This document shows, one piece after another, positions 1-11,948 of a stretch of 64,000 nucleotides of DNA. Source of the stretch: Octopus bimaculoides. Taxonomy: Eukaryota. Every line of letters begins with the position of its first letter. Within the stretch, counting starts at the first letter, position 1. A model generated the notes under the pieces. It saw only the letters and a list, made by a program, of their open reading frames with translations, was not told the DNA's origin and did not search any database. The stretch lies in contig NC_068983.1 of the NCBI RefSeq assembly GCF_001194135.2, positions 48,776,828-48,840,827 of the forward strand, in the 5' to 3' direction. Position numbers and translations under genes: made by a program.

Positions 1-54
1 GCATTAAAAACCTTGTGAGTGGGATTTGGTACATGGAAATTGAAAGAAGCCCGT

Positions 55-94
<40 letters not shown>

Positions 95-285
95 TGTGCC
101 TCTGTGTTTGTTCCCTCCATCATCGCTTGACCCCAGATGTTGGTGTGTTTCCGTCCCATAACGTAGCGGTTCGGCCAAAGAGGCCGATAGAATAAGCACT
201 ACGCTTACAATGAATACGTTCTGGGGTCGATTAGTTCGTCTAAAGCCGGCGTTCCAGAATGGCCGTAGTCAAATGACTGATATAT
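1..285 (+). mobile_element. SINE family B, 5'-truncated at window edge, with central (TA)n/(TG)n
   Basis: CCTTGTGAGTGG...GAAAGAAGCCCGT-(TA)n-CATCGCTTGAC...CGGTTCGGC...AGAATAAG...CTGGGGTCGAT...AGTCAAATGACTGA matches the near-complete copies at 44448-44835 and 47439-47810. Confidence 0.85.
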
Positions 286-2456
286 TTAAAAAAAGAAAAT
301 AAAAAGAATGTATATAACTGTGTGTGTACGTGCCGGCGTGTGCATGCGTGATACTACACACGCACGCGAGCTCACATCCACACACACACACACACACACA
401 TTCATAAAATACTAGGCTATTTAGATATTTATTCATTGTAACGAAAAATACGTAATTACAAATTGTATCTCATCTAATAAATTGACTTCTATTTTGTCTG
501 TTGGTCATCTTTCTAATACCACTTAACCCAGTCACTCTGTCTCCTCGTTTTATCTTGTGTCTATCAATATTTTATCGGTTATCAGGATACCAACGTGACC
601 TTTGTTGCGTGTTTTATATTTTCCAACGTTTTTTTTTCTATTAAAAGCTAGATATAGATTGGTTGAATACGTTCTTGGAACTTTATACTATATAATTTCC
701 AAAGCGTTTGGAGACTACCAGTCCGTATTTCGCTTTCATTTATTTTCAATTGATCGGATAAAAAGTTACGACAATTGGCCGAGATTGCAATGCCGCCGTC
801 TTGTCGGAAAATTGATTAAAATCTACAGACTAACACTAATAGTTTATTCGTTTGGTCAGATTCTTAAATACCTTACATTTTGATAAATCATCAGTTAGTG
901 TCATTTTTAAGAAAAAAAGATCTATTGCTGGAAACTGATATATCTCTCATCAATTTTATACATTTCCGACAAATCTGTTGTTTTTCAAATATTTTCACTA
1001 TTTTCAATATCGTAATATTTTTGGTTTCATCATTTGTGACAAGCCATCATTCATTTTCTCCAGTGTCGTGACAAGAGAACTATCGCGTTTGATAAGATTA
1101 CTGGAAAAAATACCATCTCGTTTCTAACTGATGGAGTCAAGTGATCAACATCAAACCGATTATTTTTGAGAGGGATGGAGTGGTCAATGATCAAAATTAA
1201 ATTTTCTCTGCTTTCTTCCTTTATTTGTTTTTTTTTTTACTTGTTGTTACTGTTGTTGCTGCTATTATGGTTGTGGGTGTTGTTGTTTTGTTATTCATGA
1301 ACCGTTAAATGTATATTAGTAAAAAGTTGGCAGAACTACACCCTTTATTGGTGTTCGGTAAACATAAGGTGAAGGAGACCGTAAAGATCAAAATATAATG
1401 TCCAGATCATTGTTTGAGAGGAATAATAGAAAAGAGGAGAAAGAAAATAAGAGAGATGATGGATCGATTTTTCTATTTATTCTTATACATATGCATACAT
1501 GTGTGTGTTTATATATCATAGCAGATGAACAATATATATGTGTGTGTATGTATATGTTATTTCTTGACTACAAAGAAGTTTGAGATTGAAATGAGTTTTG
1601 AAATTATATGCTAGGATTGCAGAATTGAAGCTACAAACGTCCCCTGAAGGACGACGTCGTATGCCCGTCGTCGCTAAACCAGGGAGAGCAAGATTGATTC
1701 GTTAATTCATGTGGATAAACTACATCTAAATAAAGAACAATTAGCATTTGATTACAATGCATTTGTTTATATACTTTCTCTATCATCCCTAATGAGTGGT
1801 TAACCAATACCACCCATATCTATATTTGAAAATGTAAATATCCTAAGAAACCTCAGGAACCATCTGAGTACATTAACTGCATCTAGTCTTCATATATTAT
1901 CAGTTTAAGGGTCTCTCTCTCTCTCTTTTTTGAAGTTGCTCATTCCAATTAAACTACACCGCATTTATCTTTGATGGAAGTAAACCGAATGTCATTCATT
2001 CTCTTACCGTATGAAAGTGAGTGTAGAAAACTAATCGTTGAAATTTACGAATTGTCTTCCCGACCAACCTGAATTCGAGATCATATTTTCATTTAAAAGG
2101 CACTACTCTTTAAATGATACACATCAAAACATTTCATAAATTATCTTCTTCCTACACCATTAAGAAAAAACTATCTATTCAGTCAATAACTGCTGATTGA
2201 TATTCATGGACACTCAACAGAGTTATAATCTTATCAGGTAATGAAATCTTAGATTTACAGTATGTGACTTAAAGATGTGTCAATAAAGATGTGTCTTTGA
2301 TTATACTTATATTCTAACATGGCTCAAAATGGGTCTAACGTATTGCAAAAATAAAAGCAGTTCAGTTCTAAATAATCTCACTGTGCACTAAAAGCGAAAT
2401 GAAATTTAACAGTCATTTAACATTTCGATTCAAACATCGATACTACATCTTCATAA

Positions 2457-2549
2457 ATAGAATCCGTCATTCTCCAATACTGCATCTTGATATATAGAAT
2501 CGGTCTTTCTCCAATACTGCATCTTGATAAATAGAATCACCCTTTCTCC
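2457..2549. repeat. 37-bp tandem repeat, about 2.5 copies
   Basis: ATAGAATC(C/G)GTC(A/T)TTCTCCAATACTGCATCTTGATA(T/A) at 2457, 2494 and partially at 2531. Confidence 0.9.
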
Positions 2550-3004
2550 TTTTCATGATATGATTTACAAATGAACTAAATGTCGAAAGACAGCAATAGT
2601 CCTGTTTCTAACTTATGTTCAATTCAAATTTCAAGTAGGATATGATGTAGTCGTTCCTTTTGAAGATGCTTGTATTTCCTCCACATATACTTAGAAAGAA
2701 CTATATCAATATCCCTTTATTTTACATCAGCGTCGTTGAAATGGTGTAAAATTAAATTACATCTGCCTAGAGCAAACAAATATGACAAAGTCATTAGAAA
2801 TTCAGTGTTCCAGATTGTTGTCCCTAAATATCTTTTCCTTAAAGCGAAAAGTAACATATCCCTGGACGAACAACACATGTGCACTACGCTTTCCCTTATC
2901 ATTCCGCACGGAGATTTATTATAACTAATGAACTACTCATTAATACAACAACCAGATAAAAATGCTATTTTATTTAAATTAGCCATTGTAATATATATAA
3001 GCGT

Positions 3005-3255
3005 AGAGGCGTTTGGATTACTGGTTAGCGTGTTACAACCATGATCGTAGGATTGTGGTTTCGAATCCTGGACTGAACGAAGCGTTGAGAATTTGAGCAG
3101 AACACAACACTTCTCGTTGCTCCAGTCCACTAAGCTGCCACAAATGATTAGTCCTGGGATGGACCGGCTTCCGTTCAGTGGCGAGGGAAGAGAATATAGA
3201 CGCCACAGAATCAGGGAAATCGGCGTTATGTGTCTAAGGCACGGAATGGAAATTT
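3005..3255 (+). mobile_element. Degenerate tRNA-derived SINE (family D-like head and core)
   Basis: Head with A-box-like TGGTTAGCG and B-box-like GTTTCGAATCC, followed by GTTGCTCCAGTCCACTAAGCTG as in the copy at 29770-30110. Confidence 0.6.
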
Positions 3256-3420
3256 GATAATTTTCTTGTATACATTTATATAAACATTATTAACTTGTTT
3301 CGAGTCTCTAAGCAAGAGATATACAGTAACAGTACTGAATAGTAAAGTTTATTTTCACAATAGAATGTGCAGTCCAATACAACACTACCATCACCCTTGT
3401 ATAAGACCGCCACATATATA

Positions 3421-4450
3421 TAAAGTCACCAGTGGTGTCCCTCAGGAGACTGTCTCGGTTCCGCTCCTCTTTATAATTTACCTAAATGTCGTAAATCCAG
3501 CGTCGTAAATCACTGCAAATTGAAAATATTTGCTGATGAAACTAAGCTCCAGCAAAATCATCAATGAAGAAGATCGAACTCAACTCCAGTCCGATCTATA
3601 TGCTGCGAGTCAATGGGCAGAAAAAAACAAATGCAACTGAACGAGGGAAAATTTGAGCTGAGGCATTTTGGAAGAAAGTCTATGCTAAAACAGCCATACT
3701 CTCTTCCGCTTACGGCATCTAATAATATCAGAGACCTGGGTGTAATTGTTGTTAACAATCTCAGTTCTAGCTCCCACGTCGACAATAAGGTCAATATAGC
3801 TCGTAGGGTGAGCTCCTGGATCTTAAGAACCTTCCGGTCCAGAGAACAAGGTCTCATTATTCCACTTTTCTCCTCCTTTGTACGACCACACCTCGAATAC
3901 TGCTGCCCCCTGTTGTCTCTCCATACAAAACAAAACATCTCGAGGATTAAATCACCCCAGAGGACATTCACTAAACGAATTGAAGGCATGACTGATCTCG
4001 ATTACTGGAATCGCCTAAAAGCCTTGAAACTCTACTCTCTCCAGCGCCGCCGCGAGCGGTACATCATTTGTACGATGTGGAGAATACACCGCCAGCATTG
4101 CCCAAACGACCTGAACATTAGTTTCAAGGTTCATCCAAGACTGGGACCACGAGCCTTACGTCCCTTGCGCAATTCAGGATCACATCATATAGGTACCCTG
4201 CCCTATTTAACATTGTCCCAAAACAGATCAAAAAGGAAAAGGATCCCATCACCTTTAAACGGAGTCTGGACAGATTTCTTCAAGGAATACCGGATAAGCC
4301 AGAGGACAACTCACTCAGCAAGAACTCACAACTTGAATGGAATCATAAACAAAACTTGACTTAAAAAGGATTTAGATAATCCTATCAGCTGGTGCTATTA
4401 AGTTAGATATGGCCTGGGTCAATCTTTGATCGAAACATATCTAAGTTTTA
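3421..4450 (+). mobile_element. CR1/L2-like non-LTR retrotransposon 3' fragment (RT C-terminus and 3' UTR), frameshifted
   Basis: Translates to VTSGVPQ...PLLFIIYLN, KIFADETKL (FADD-like motif), QLNEGKFEL, IRDLGVIV, SSFVRPHLEYCCP, QRTFTKRIEGM, LYSLQRRRERY (ORF 3613-4359). 3' tail shared with 34490-34675 and 40000-41635. Confidence 0.9.
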
Positions 4451-5539
4451 TATCTATCTATGTATATATATCTATACATATATCTCTATATCTATCTACC
4501 TATCTATCTATGTGCATATATATATATCAATCTATCTATCTATAACTACTGTCAATAAAAGTCGGGCTGCGTTGCGCTCCGTTACTTAATAAATGAAAAA
4601 AAAAACTAAATAAACAACAAGGTATACCGAGTGTAAAATTTGACCTGAGGTTTCTAATTCTTCATCAGCTTGNNNNNNNNNNTATATATATATATATATG
4701 TCATTGTAGCACTACGATTTCTCGTAAGAAAATAAACAGAATTAGATGAGTATATGAAATGCTCAACCTATCTATGTATGGCTATTCATCTGTATGTCAA
4801 CTGCCACTCTTCATCGCTTTAAATATTAAATGAAGAACGACAGCATGTATGGAATACTCGCCTCCAAAAACTATAATTCGTTAAATTATCTGTACTGTGG
4901 ATAAAAACAACTAGTACATTTATCGTCGTAAGAGACGCAGGACCTATTGATCTCATGTATATAAATAAATATACTTATTGCATTTCTCGTTTTAATTTGT
5001 TTCTCTACTACGTGTCCATATATAATTCTCTATTTAGATTTTTTTTTTCCTTTTTGTGTACAGTTCAAACTATATTATCCCATGATTATGTATTCATGAA
5101 ATTCTAATCTTCAATACGTTATTATTTGTAAATATTCTTTCTTTTTGCAATCTTTCACTTATATTAGATTTTGAATATTCGTCTAACCTACACTCCGGAG
5201 AGCAAACTTTACCCTATGATCTTATAATATGATTTCTAAATGATGAGATATTCACTAAGTTTTCAATCTTAGAAATAAGTATTTTCTCATTTCATCTTAA
5301 CTTATCTATCTTACCAAATATTGTTTTGTAATATATAAAACATAAACGCCAATTTATATGCAGATAATATTCATAACAGCTAGACTATTACAGCAAGCAC
5401 ATTCTGAAAATTGTAGAGTGTAGAACAAAACTAGGAAGAATTCGAACGACTGCGTAGACAAGAAATCAGAAAATATTCATATAATTGCCAACAGACTCAT
5501 GGAGAAATAATGTGGAGGTGAAAACGATTTAACCAATAT

Positions 5540-5588
5540 ATATATATATATGTGAGCGTGTATATGTTTGTATGTGCGCGTATATATG

Positions 5589-5629
<41 letters not shown>

Positions 5630-5760
5630 GAGCACATATACACACATATGTATACACCCACATATATACACATACGCATATATATACGTACATACACACA
5701 TGTATTTACACACATACACACACACAAATCTATCTATCTATCTATCTGTATACATATATC
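5540..5760. repeat. Compound (TA)n/(CA)n/(TATC)n microsatellite
   Basis: Direct reading; explains the YI/HT/CV-rich pseudo-ORFs at 5477-5814. Confidence 0.95.
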
Positions 5761-6156
5761 AGGCACGTGTTGTCAATAAATACTCAGGCTAGGCAGTTGG
5801 TGATCTGTATGTAGTAAAACATACAAAAAACATGTATAATACATGCACGCGACTGAGTTGAAGGCAGATTTACTTCTGCCTTTATAGAACGTAAAGCAGG
5901 AGTATGCGGAGCATGTATTCTACAGCATTACTATGCGTAGCTTTAACACTGATTGTAAAGCAGGGCGTATTATGCCTACCTAATCTACAAAAGAAAAAAA
6001 GCAATATTATGTATTTTATGCATTGTAATCAGAGCAACCTTCATAATCTTATTGAATTAGCTGCATATTTTGCTGTAAATGGAAAATGTTGCTATCGATC
6101 TATTTTATTGAAGGTAGGCAGGGTCTACTTTGCTGACCTAGGCGGCACGTTTCTCT

Positions 6157-6172
6157 AATATATATATATATA

Positions 6173-6258
<86 letters not shown>
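6157..6258. repeat. (TA)n microsatellite
   Basis: Direct reading. Confidence 0.95.
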
Positions 6259-6262
<4 letters not shown>

Positions 6263-7484
6263 ACCATCCCCACATATATGCGTGTCGTAAAATGGCGGTT
6301 AGCCTGTAACATTAAGGAATGTTTACATAAACAGGAAATAGAAACAAAAAAACTTACGTCATCTAAGATAAATAATATATAAAGTATTTTTATATCACTA
6401 AAAGTTTACGTGATACATATATGGAAGGGTAGAAAACATAATGATCTTCATGATGCTTGGCAATTCCTATACTGATATAGTAAGCTAATGAGACTATAAT
6501 AAGCAACTGGAGCCGTAGTGTATAAGTGATGTGGACGCTGGTTAAAGAAATAAATACATGTCATCCTATGTGTTTCTGCTTGAGGTGAACACTTGGAATT
6601 CTAGCTTCTACATCAATTTCAATTTCTTTCTCTACAGAAATTTTCATTGGCTGCGAGGATAAGAAACTTGCTTTGCAAATATGTGGTTTTAAGAAAAGTC
6701 ACTGAGCGGTAAATTGCAATTTGTTGGACGGAAACTGTACTATCTCGTTTGTATGCATGTACTCTCCCCTCTCTCTCTCTCGCTTATTATGATGTACTCT
6801 GAGTTATGTCATAATTATGATGGTAAAGGTTGTTACATCCCTAAACTAGAAATCAGTCTATGGCCAAACATTAAAATAAAACATTTTTCATTTCACTTGT
6901 TTTCAGACCGCGTCTGTGTGACAAATAAAGTAGTTTTAGAGTCATTTAGTGTCTACTTCTAGCATGTAACATTATTCAGTAGTTTCCTATATTATAATTA
7001 TATTTGTATTAATTTTTACCTAAATGGCCTATTTGCTATCTGCAATGAATGTTTCTTCCAAATGTGGTAAAATTCCATTCACCTGTTTTCCAGTAATTTT
7101 GCAAAAACAGAGACAAACAAAGCCGAGTGATTACAATATCTTGTTTTCACTTACGCGAAATAATAATGAAATTGCTAGATATTAGCGAGAACAATAACTG
7201 AAAAGCCATTGTTGTTCTATATTATATTTACAGTCACTTAAGTAGCATAATACGTTGATCTGGTTGTTACTTTGCCCATACTAGATACTTTTCATCAGCT
7301 AGCGACGTATGTGGTCTCTCAAGACGAATACGGCGGTATTTGTCGTTCAAGCAATACATCCATATTGAGTAGGGTCTGAAGATTGTCATTCTGTATTAAT
7401 ACTGCTTTTGTAACTAATTTCACACACCCATACACACAAACATCTGTGTGTGTGTATTTATGTATAAGCATGGGTGCATCTTCA

Positions 7485-7519
<35 letters not shown>

Positions 7520-8439
7520 GACAATTAATGCAGAGCTCAATACATCTAATATCAGTTACTTTCTGCGTTTTTGCTACCTTTGGACGCGAACGTTTACATC
7601 ATGGATAGTTAAAATTGAATCTTTTCAATATACTTGTCCTATTCAAATCAAAGAAACTGAAAGAAAAATAATATTTCTTAAATATCAATTACAACCTTAT
7701 ATACTTATGAATATTTGTTAATATATCCATAGAACCACAGTTTCAATATAAATATTGTATAAGAGCTTCTATTATGAAATAAACTTTTACGGCAACATTC
7801 AATATTCTCACCCAATTTCGATTCATGAAATAATTTTTCACTGTTATCCTTTAAGGGCTAATTCTTTTCTCTTTTGTCTTTAATTGTATTAAATAGTGCA
7901 CAAGAGAAAATTGATTTCCATTAAAATTCTTATAAATTCTTCTGTAATCAATATAAGAATTCGTCATTATTTAGTTAATAATCCCCAGATGGTTGTTTGT
8001 ATAGCAGTTTCATTTTCTCTCTACATTGTAGAGTGTATGCTGAAGCGAATTATTGACACGTTTATGTGGCTGAACAGTATAAACATCTTTTCCGTTATCC
8101 AGAATGAAATAAGATATTATGAAATGTTGTTATTTTAGAGAAGGGGCCACTGTCTCGATTAACCGAGATATATTCATTTTGTAGATTTCCATAGATTTCA
8201 TAGGATTGTAAATGTCAAATGATGCAATCAGAAGAGATCCAATGGATAAATGTAGTTGAAAAGAAAGAAATAATTGAAAATTGTTTGGCGTTGACAAAAC
8301 GTTGTCACCGTCTAATAAAATTTGCGGCCATGGTCGAAACGCTTTCTGTAACAATGGAGGATTCCTGTATTGGAGAAGACACGAATAATAGACAGCTAAG
8401 GAAACAGTACACCTTCTGGCGAGAATTAATCAATACCTG

Positions 8440-8760
8440 GCTGCAAGCTTTTTTTATGTTTACAGGTAAGGGTTCGGACAAATTAGGGAACTATCTGTTT
8501 TCCCTTTTTTTTTTATTTGGCGTCCCAATAATTCTGATAGCAGGAAATGGTGCAGAATTCATTCAATTATTGAAATGAATAAACCGATTCGTTTCAAAGT
8601 AAACTGAAAGTTCTATCTGAAATTAAAAATATAATGGTGTGCATAGGCAATTGTTTAACAAGTTCGCATTAATACGTAATCAATAAGAATAATTTAAAGA
8701 CTCTCCGCAAAAATTTGCACTGCGTCTCACGCGTGACTTATCTCTCCCTGTGAAACCTTA
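8440..8760 (+). mobile_element. Degenerate rve-type (DDE) integrase/transposase remnant, KRBA2/SCAND3-like
   Basis: KGSDKLGNYLFSLFFLFGVPIILIAGNGAEF aligns without gaps to the recalled motif K...EVA..LL.IF.LFGAP.ILQSDNG.EF. Downstream ASHA*LISPCETL resembles HAGI..SPYEAL. Confidence 0.5.
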
Positions 8761-9122
8761 TATTAACTAATTATTAATGGCTGTTACTTTGTTTCCGAAT
8801 TGGTAAGACGGTTCATTATAAGAACAGCAAATCTCCGTACATGCACGATTTATGATTCATACAGAGAAACATTTTTGCGAAGAATCTAAGCAAGTGCCCA
8901 TTGAAAAGTAAATTTCTGAAATATACGGTTTGATGAACATCTTTTGACCCCAAAACACTTCCAGTACTGCAAAATTTACAAAATAACGATACTTACCGTG
9001 AGTAGTACAGACACTTACAATAAAGTCTGTATGATGAAGGGGAAAACCCACGTGATTCTATAATAGAATTTATATATCTTTAATGTTATAGACTGTTCTG
9101 TTATTAATATTTAAAATGTTTC

Positions 9123-9780
9123 AAGGCGGCGAGCTGGCAGAAACGTTAAGCACGCCGGGTGAAATGCTTAGCGAAATTTCGTCTGTCTTTACTTTCTGAG
9201 TTCAAATTCCGCCGAGGCCGAATTTTCCTTTCATCCTTTCGGGGTTGATAAATTAAATACCAGTTGCGTACAGGGGTCGATCTAAATGACTGATTTCTCC
9301 ACAAAATTTCCGGCCTTGTGCCTAGAGTCGAAAAGACTATTTAAAGTAAGGTGGTGAACTGGCAGAAACGTTAGCACGCCGGGCGAAATGCTTAGCGGTA
9401 TTTTGTCTGTCGTTACGTTCTGAGTTCAAATTCCGCAGAGGTCGACTTTGCCTTTTATCCTTTCGGGGGTTGATAAATTAAGTAGCAGTTACGCACTGGG
9501 GTCGATGTAATTGACTTAATGGCTTTGTCTGTCCTTGTTTGTTCCCTTTGTGTTTAGCTCCTTGTGGTCAAAAAAGAAATAAGAAACGTTAGCACGTCGG
9601 GGGAAATGCTTACCGGTATTTCGTCTATCTTTACGTTCTGAGTTCAAATTCCGCCGAGTTCGACATTGCTTTCATTCTTTGGTGGTAGATAAAGTAAGTA
9701 CCAGTTGCATAATGGGTCGATCTAATCGACTGGCTCCCGCTCCCAAAATATCGGGCCTTGTGCGTAGAGTAGAAAAGAAT
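9123..9780 (+). mobile_element. Three head-to-tail SINE family A copies
   Basis: Three repeats of GCAGAAACGTTAGCACGCCGGG..AAATGCTTAGCGGTATTTCGTCT...GAGTTCAAATTCCGCCGAGGTCGACTTTGCCTTTCATCCTTTCGGGG..GATAAATTAAGTACCAG...GGGGTCGAT starting near 9123, 9348 and 9583. Confidence 0.9.
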
Positions 9781-10829
9781 ATTTAAATGTTTCTTATTCA
9801 AATCATTACACTCTTTCTGTCTAGGAGACCAGTGATATTATTGTAATGTCAAGTTTAATATGGCATTGCATATGTTTTGGATGCATGTACACGGTCAGAG
9901 TGACATCAGTTAACTGCCAGTCTGATATCAGATATAGGTTAATTTAGTCAGATTAATTTAAATGGTGTTGCTGAACTATGATAGTTTTTTACAAAATGTG
10001 TCTAAAAGTTTTAAATTACTTTCTGAAATGTTCCATTTTATTCAAGGCTTGATAGCTGGACATTTGTTAAACGAATTTGAAAGAATTCTAGCAAAAATTT
10101 GCTTTGTATATAAAATTTGCTTTCAGAAATGGTGTATTTGTCGTCATTAACCGAAAGATTTATCAGAATATTTTAAAATGCTAAACGTTTCGGATTTAAA
10201 ATATCTAATCCCGACTCATTTTGCAAGGAAACAGTTATCTTCCTAGTATTAACAGCCATCGCCAGAGGGAATCACATGTGTTTAGAACCGATGACATTTC
10301 TTACAAGAAGAAACACTTGTAACATACATCACAAGTTCTACCGATGTGGAAAGGATTTCTTTTGTTAACCTTCATATCTAAATGTTTTTTTGTTTTCTTT
10401 TTCAACTCATACTAAATATTTTAATTCAATTCCTTATTATTTGGTAATCGGTGAAAACGAAACTGTGTCTGTTGAAATGTAAAAATTTCAACTTCAAAGT
10501 ACAAACCTACGTATCTTAAAATTTAACATTTAAAAACTATGTGATATTTAATAAGCTCACTCGCTCGGAATACTGTGTTGGGGGAAATATTTACAGAATT
10601 GATTTGCTTCTTGAAAGATGTTGCACGTACACAACTAATGATAAGTAATCAACGAAGTTTATTAATCCTCTCAAATATATATTTTGAATTCAATCCATTT
10701 GTATTCCGATAACATGCAAAATTAAATTATAATATAAGCATGTAAAAATATCCTAACTTCCTGAAATTACTGGCCTTCCAATGATAACGCTTTCAAAATT
10801 TGAAACCATTATTGCTATTCTTTTACTTG

Positions 10830-10960
10830 TTTCAGTCATCTGGCTTATTCTTCGTTAGCCTAGTATTTATTATATCGGTCTATATTCTGCCGAACTGCTA
10901 GGTTACGTGGACGTAGCACACCAGCATTGAATGTCAAACAATGGTGGTGCGGAGACACAC
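10830..10960 (-). mobile_element. Degenerate SINE B 3' half
   Basis: TACTTGTTTCAGTCAT...CTTATTC...GCCTAGTA...GCCGAAC.GCTAGGTTACG matches the family B tail in reverse. Confidence 0.65.
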
Positions 10961-11779
10961 ACGCGCGCACGTGCATATATGTTTCAAAATGATGTGTCAT
11001 AGTACTATTCCACTTATACAAAAACAGCCATACCAACAATCCAACATACCTCCATCCTCAGCTGCCCCACGAATATCATTATGGTTGCGACACCTGGGCA
11101 GTACCATTCAATCCGGTGGTGTCAGCAGCACTAAATTAAGTGTTGTTTGGGAACAAATATGCCAATGAAACCACAACTTTCAAACACATTTACCCTATGT
11201 ACAACAGTATGGATAAATAAATTCAATAAGTAAATCTATAACCAACTCTTAAATATATAGCTAAACAGCGAGCAAACTTTGAATTCATACAGAAGTTACT
11301 CTCTACAGTCTTCTAGGTCATTATAATAGCACCGGTTTTCCATAACTAGAGTTAGCTCCCTTACATTGCATCGCCGCTGAACCACTAGAAGTCACAGGCA
11401 CGTGCAAGACATGCCACTGAATAAACATGATACCACAGGTCCAACTAACTTATATTCTTCATCCACCTTATAACGGAGTGAACGACCTGCACACCCCAAT
11501 ATAACATAAGACACTCGAATCTTTGATCTTCTCTTTTGCGATGTAACCATTGGTCTTTCACTCTTCTCTCTGCCTCTGACTCTTTCGTTCTGAGGATATC
11601 TACCATTAGCGACGAGGCAAAAATATAATATATATTTTCCTCACCATGGTAAACAGAAACTATCGCAAACAACTTCCCTCTCACCTTTATTTACTAATTA
11701 AATAATGACTTCCTAGCGAAAAGACACACTTCTGTTTGTTATTTGTCCTCCATTTGCTTCTCGCCTATATATATATACA

Positions 11780-11948
11780 CACACGACGGGCCTCTTTTAG
11801 TTTCCATCTACCAAATCCATTGACAAGGATTTGGTCGGCCCGAGACTACAGTAGAAGACACTCTTCCAAGTTGCCATGCAGTGGGATTGAACCCAGAACG
11901 ATGTGGTTGGTAAGCAAGCTACTTAACACACACCCACGCCTGCGCCTA
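11780..11948 (-). mobile_element. SINE B 5' half with tRNA-like head
   Basis: Reverse reads AGGCGCAGGCGTGG...AAGTAGCTTGCTTACCAACCACATCGTTCTGGGTTCAATCCCACTG. Confidence 0.8.

Noticed and set aside
1640-1690. CTGAAG-GACGACG..CGTCGTC-GCTAAAC as a hammerhead
   Set aside because: A9 is missing, GAAA is interrupted and there is no NUH triplet
2189-2226. LLIDIHGHSTEL, resembling the zinc carboxypeptidase IDxHxHS motif
   Set aside because: Bounded by in-frame stops with no usable splice acceptor; probably chance
3561-3989. 142-aa minus-strand ORF
   Set aside because: Antisense shadow of the CR1/L2-like RT
5477-5814. Overlapping ORFs rich in YI/CV/HT (also at 17199-17751, 30901-31278, 43031-43638, 45127-45446, 52586-52893)
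   Set aside because: Translations of dinucleotide microsatellites
6638-6710. Apparent exon with strong acceptor and GCG|GTAAAT donor
   Set aside because: The sequence is a decayed SINE B head (GGCTGCGAGGATAAGAAACTTGCTTTGC...GACGGAAACTG)
9824-9936. Open AG/GT-flanked segment ETSDIIVMSSLIWHC...
   Set aside because: No homology, weak donor; such pseudo-exons are common in AT-rich DNA
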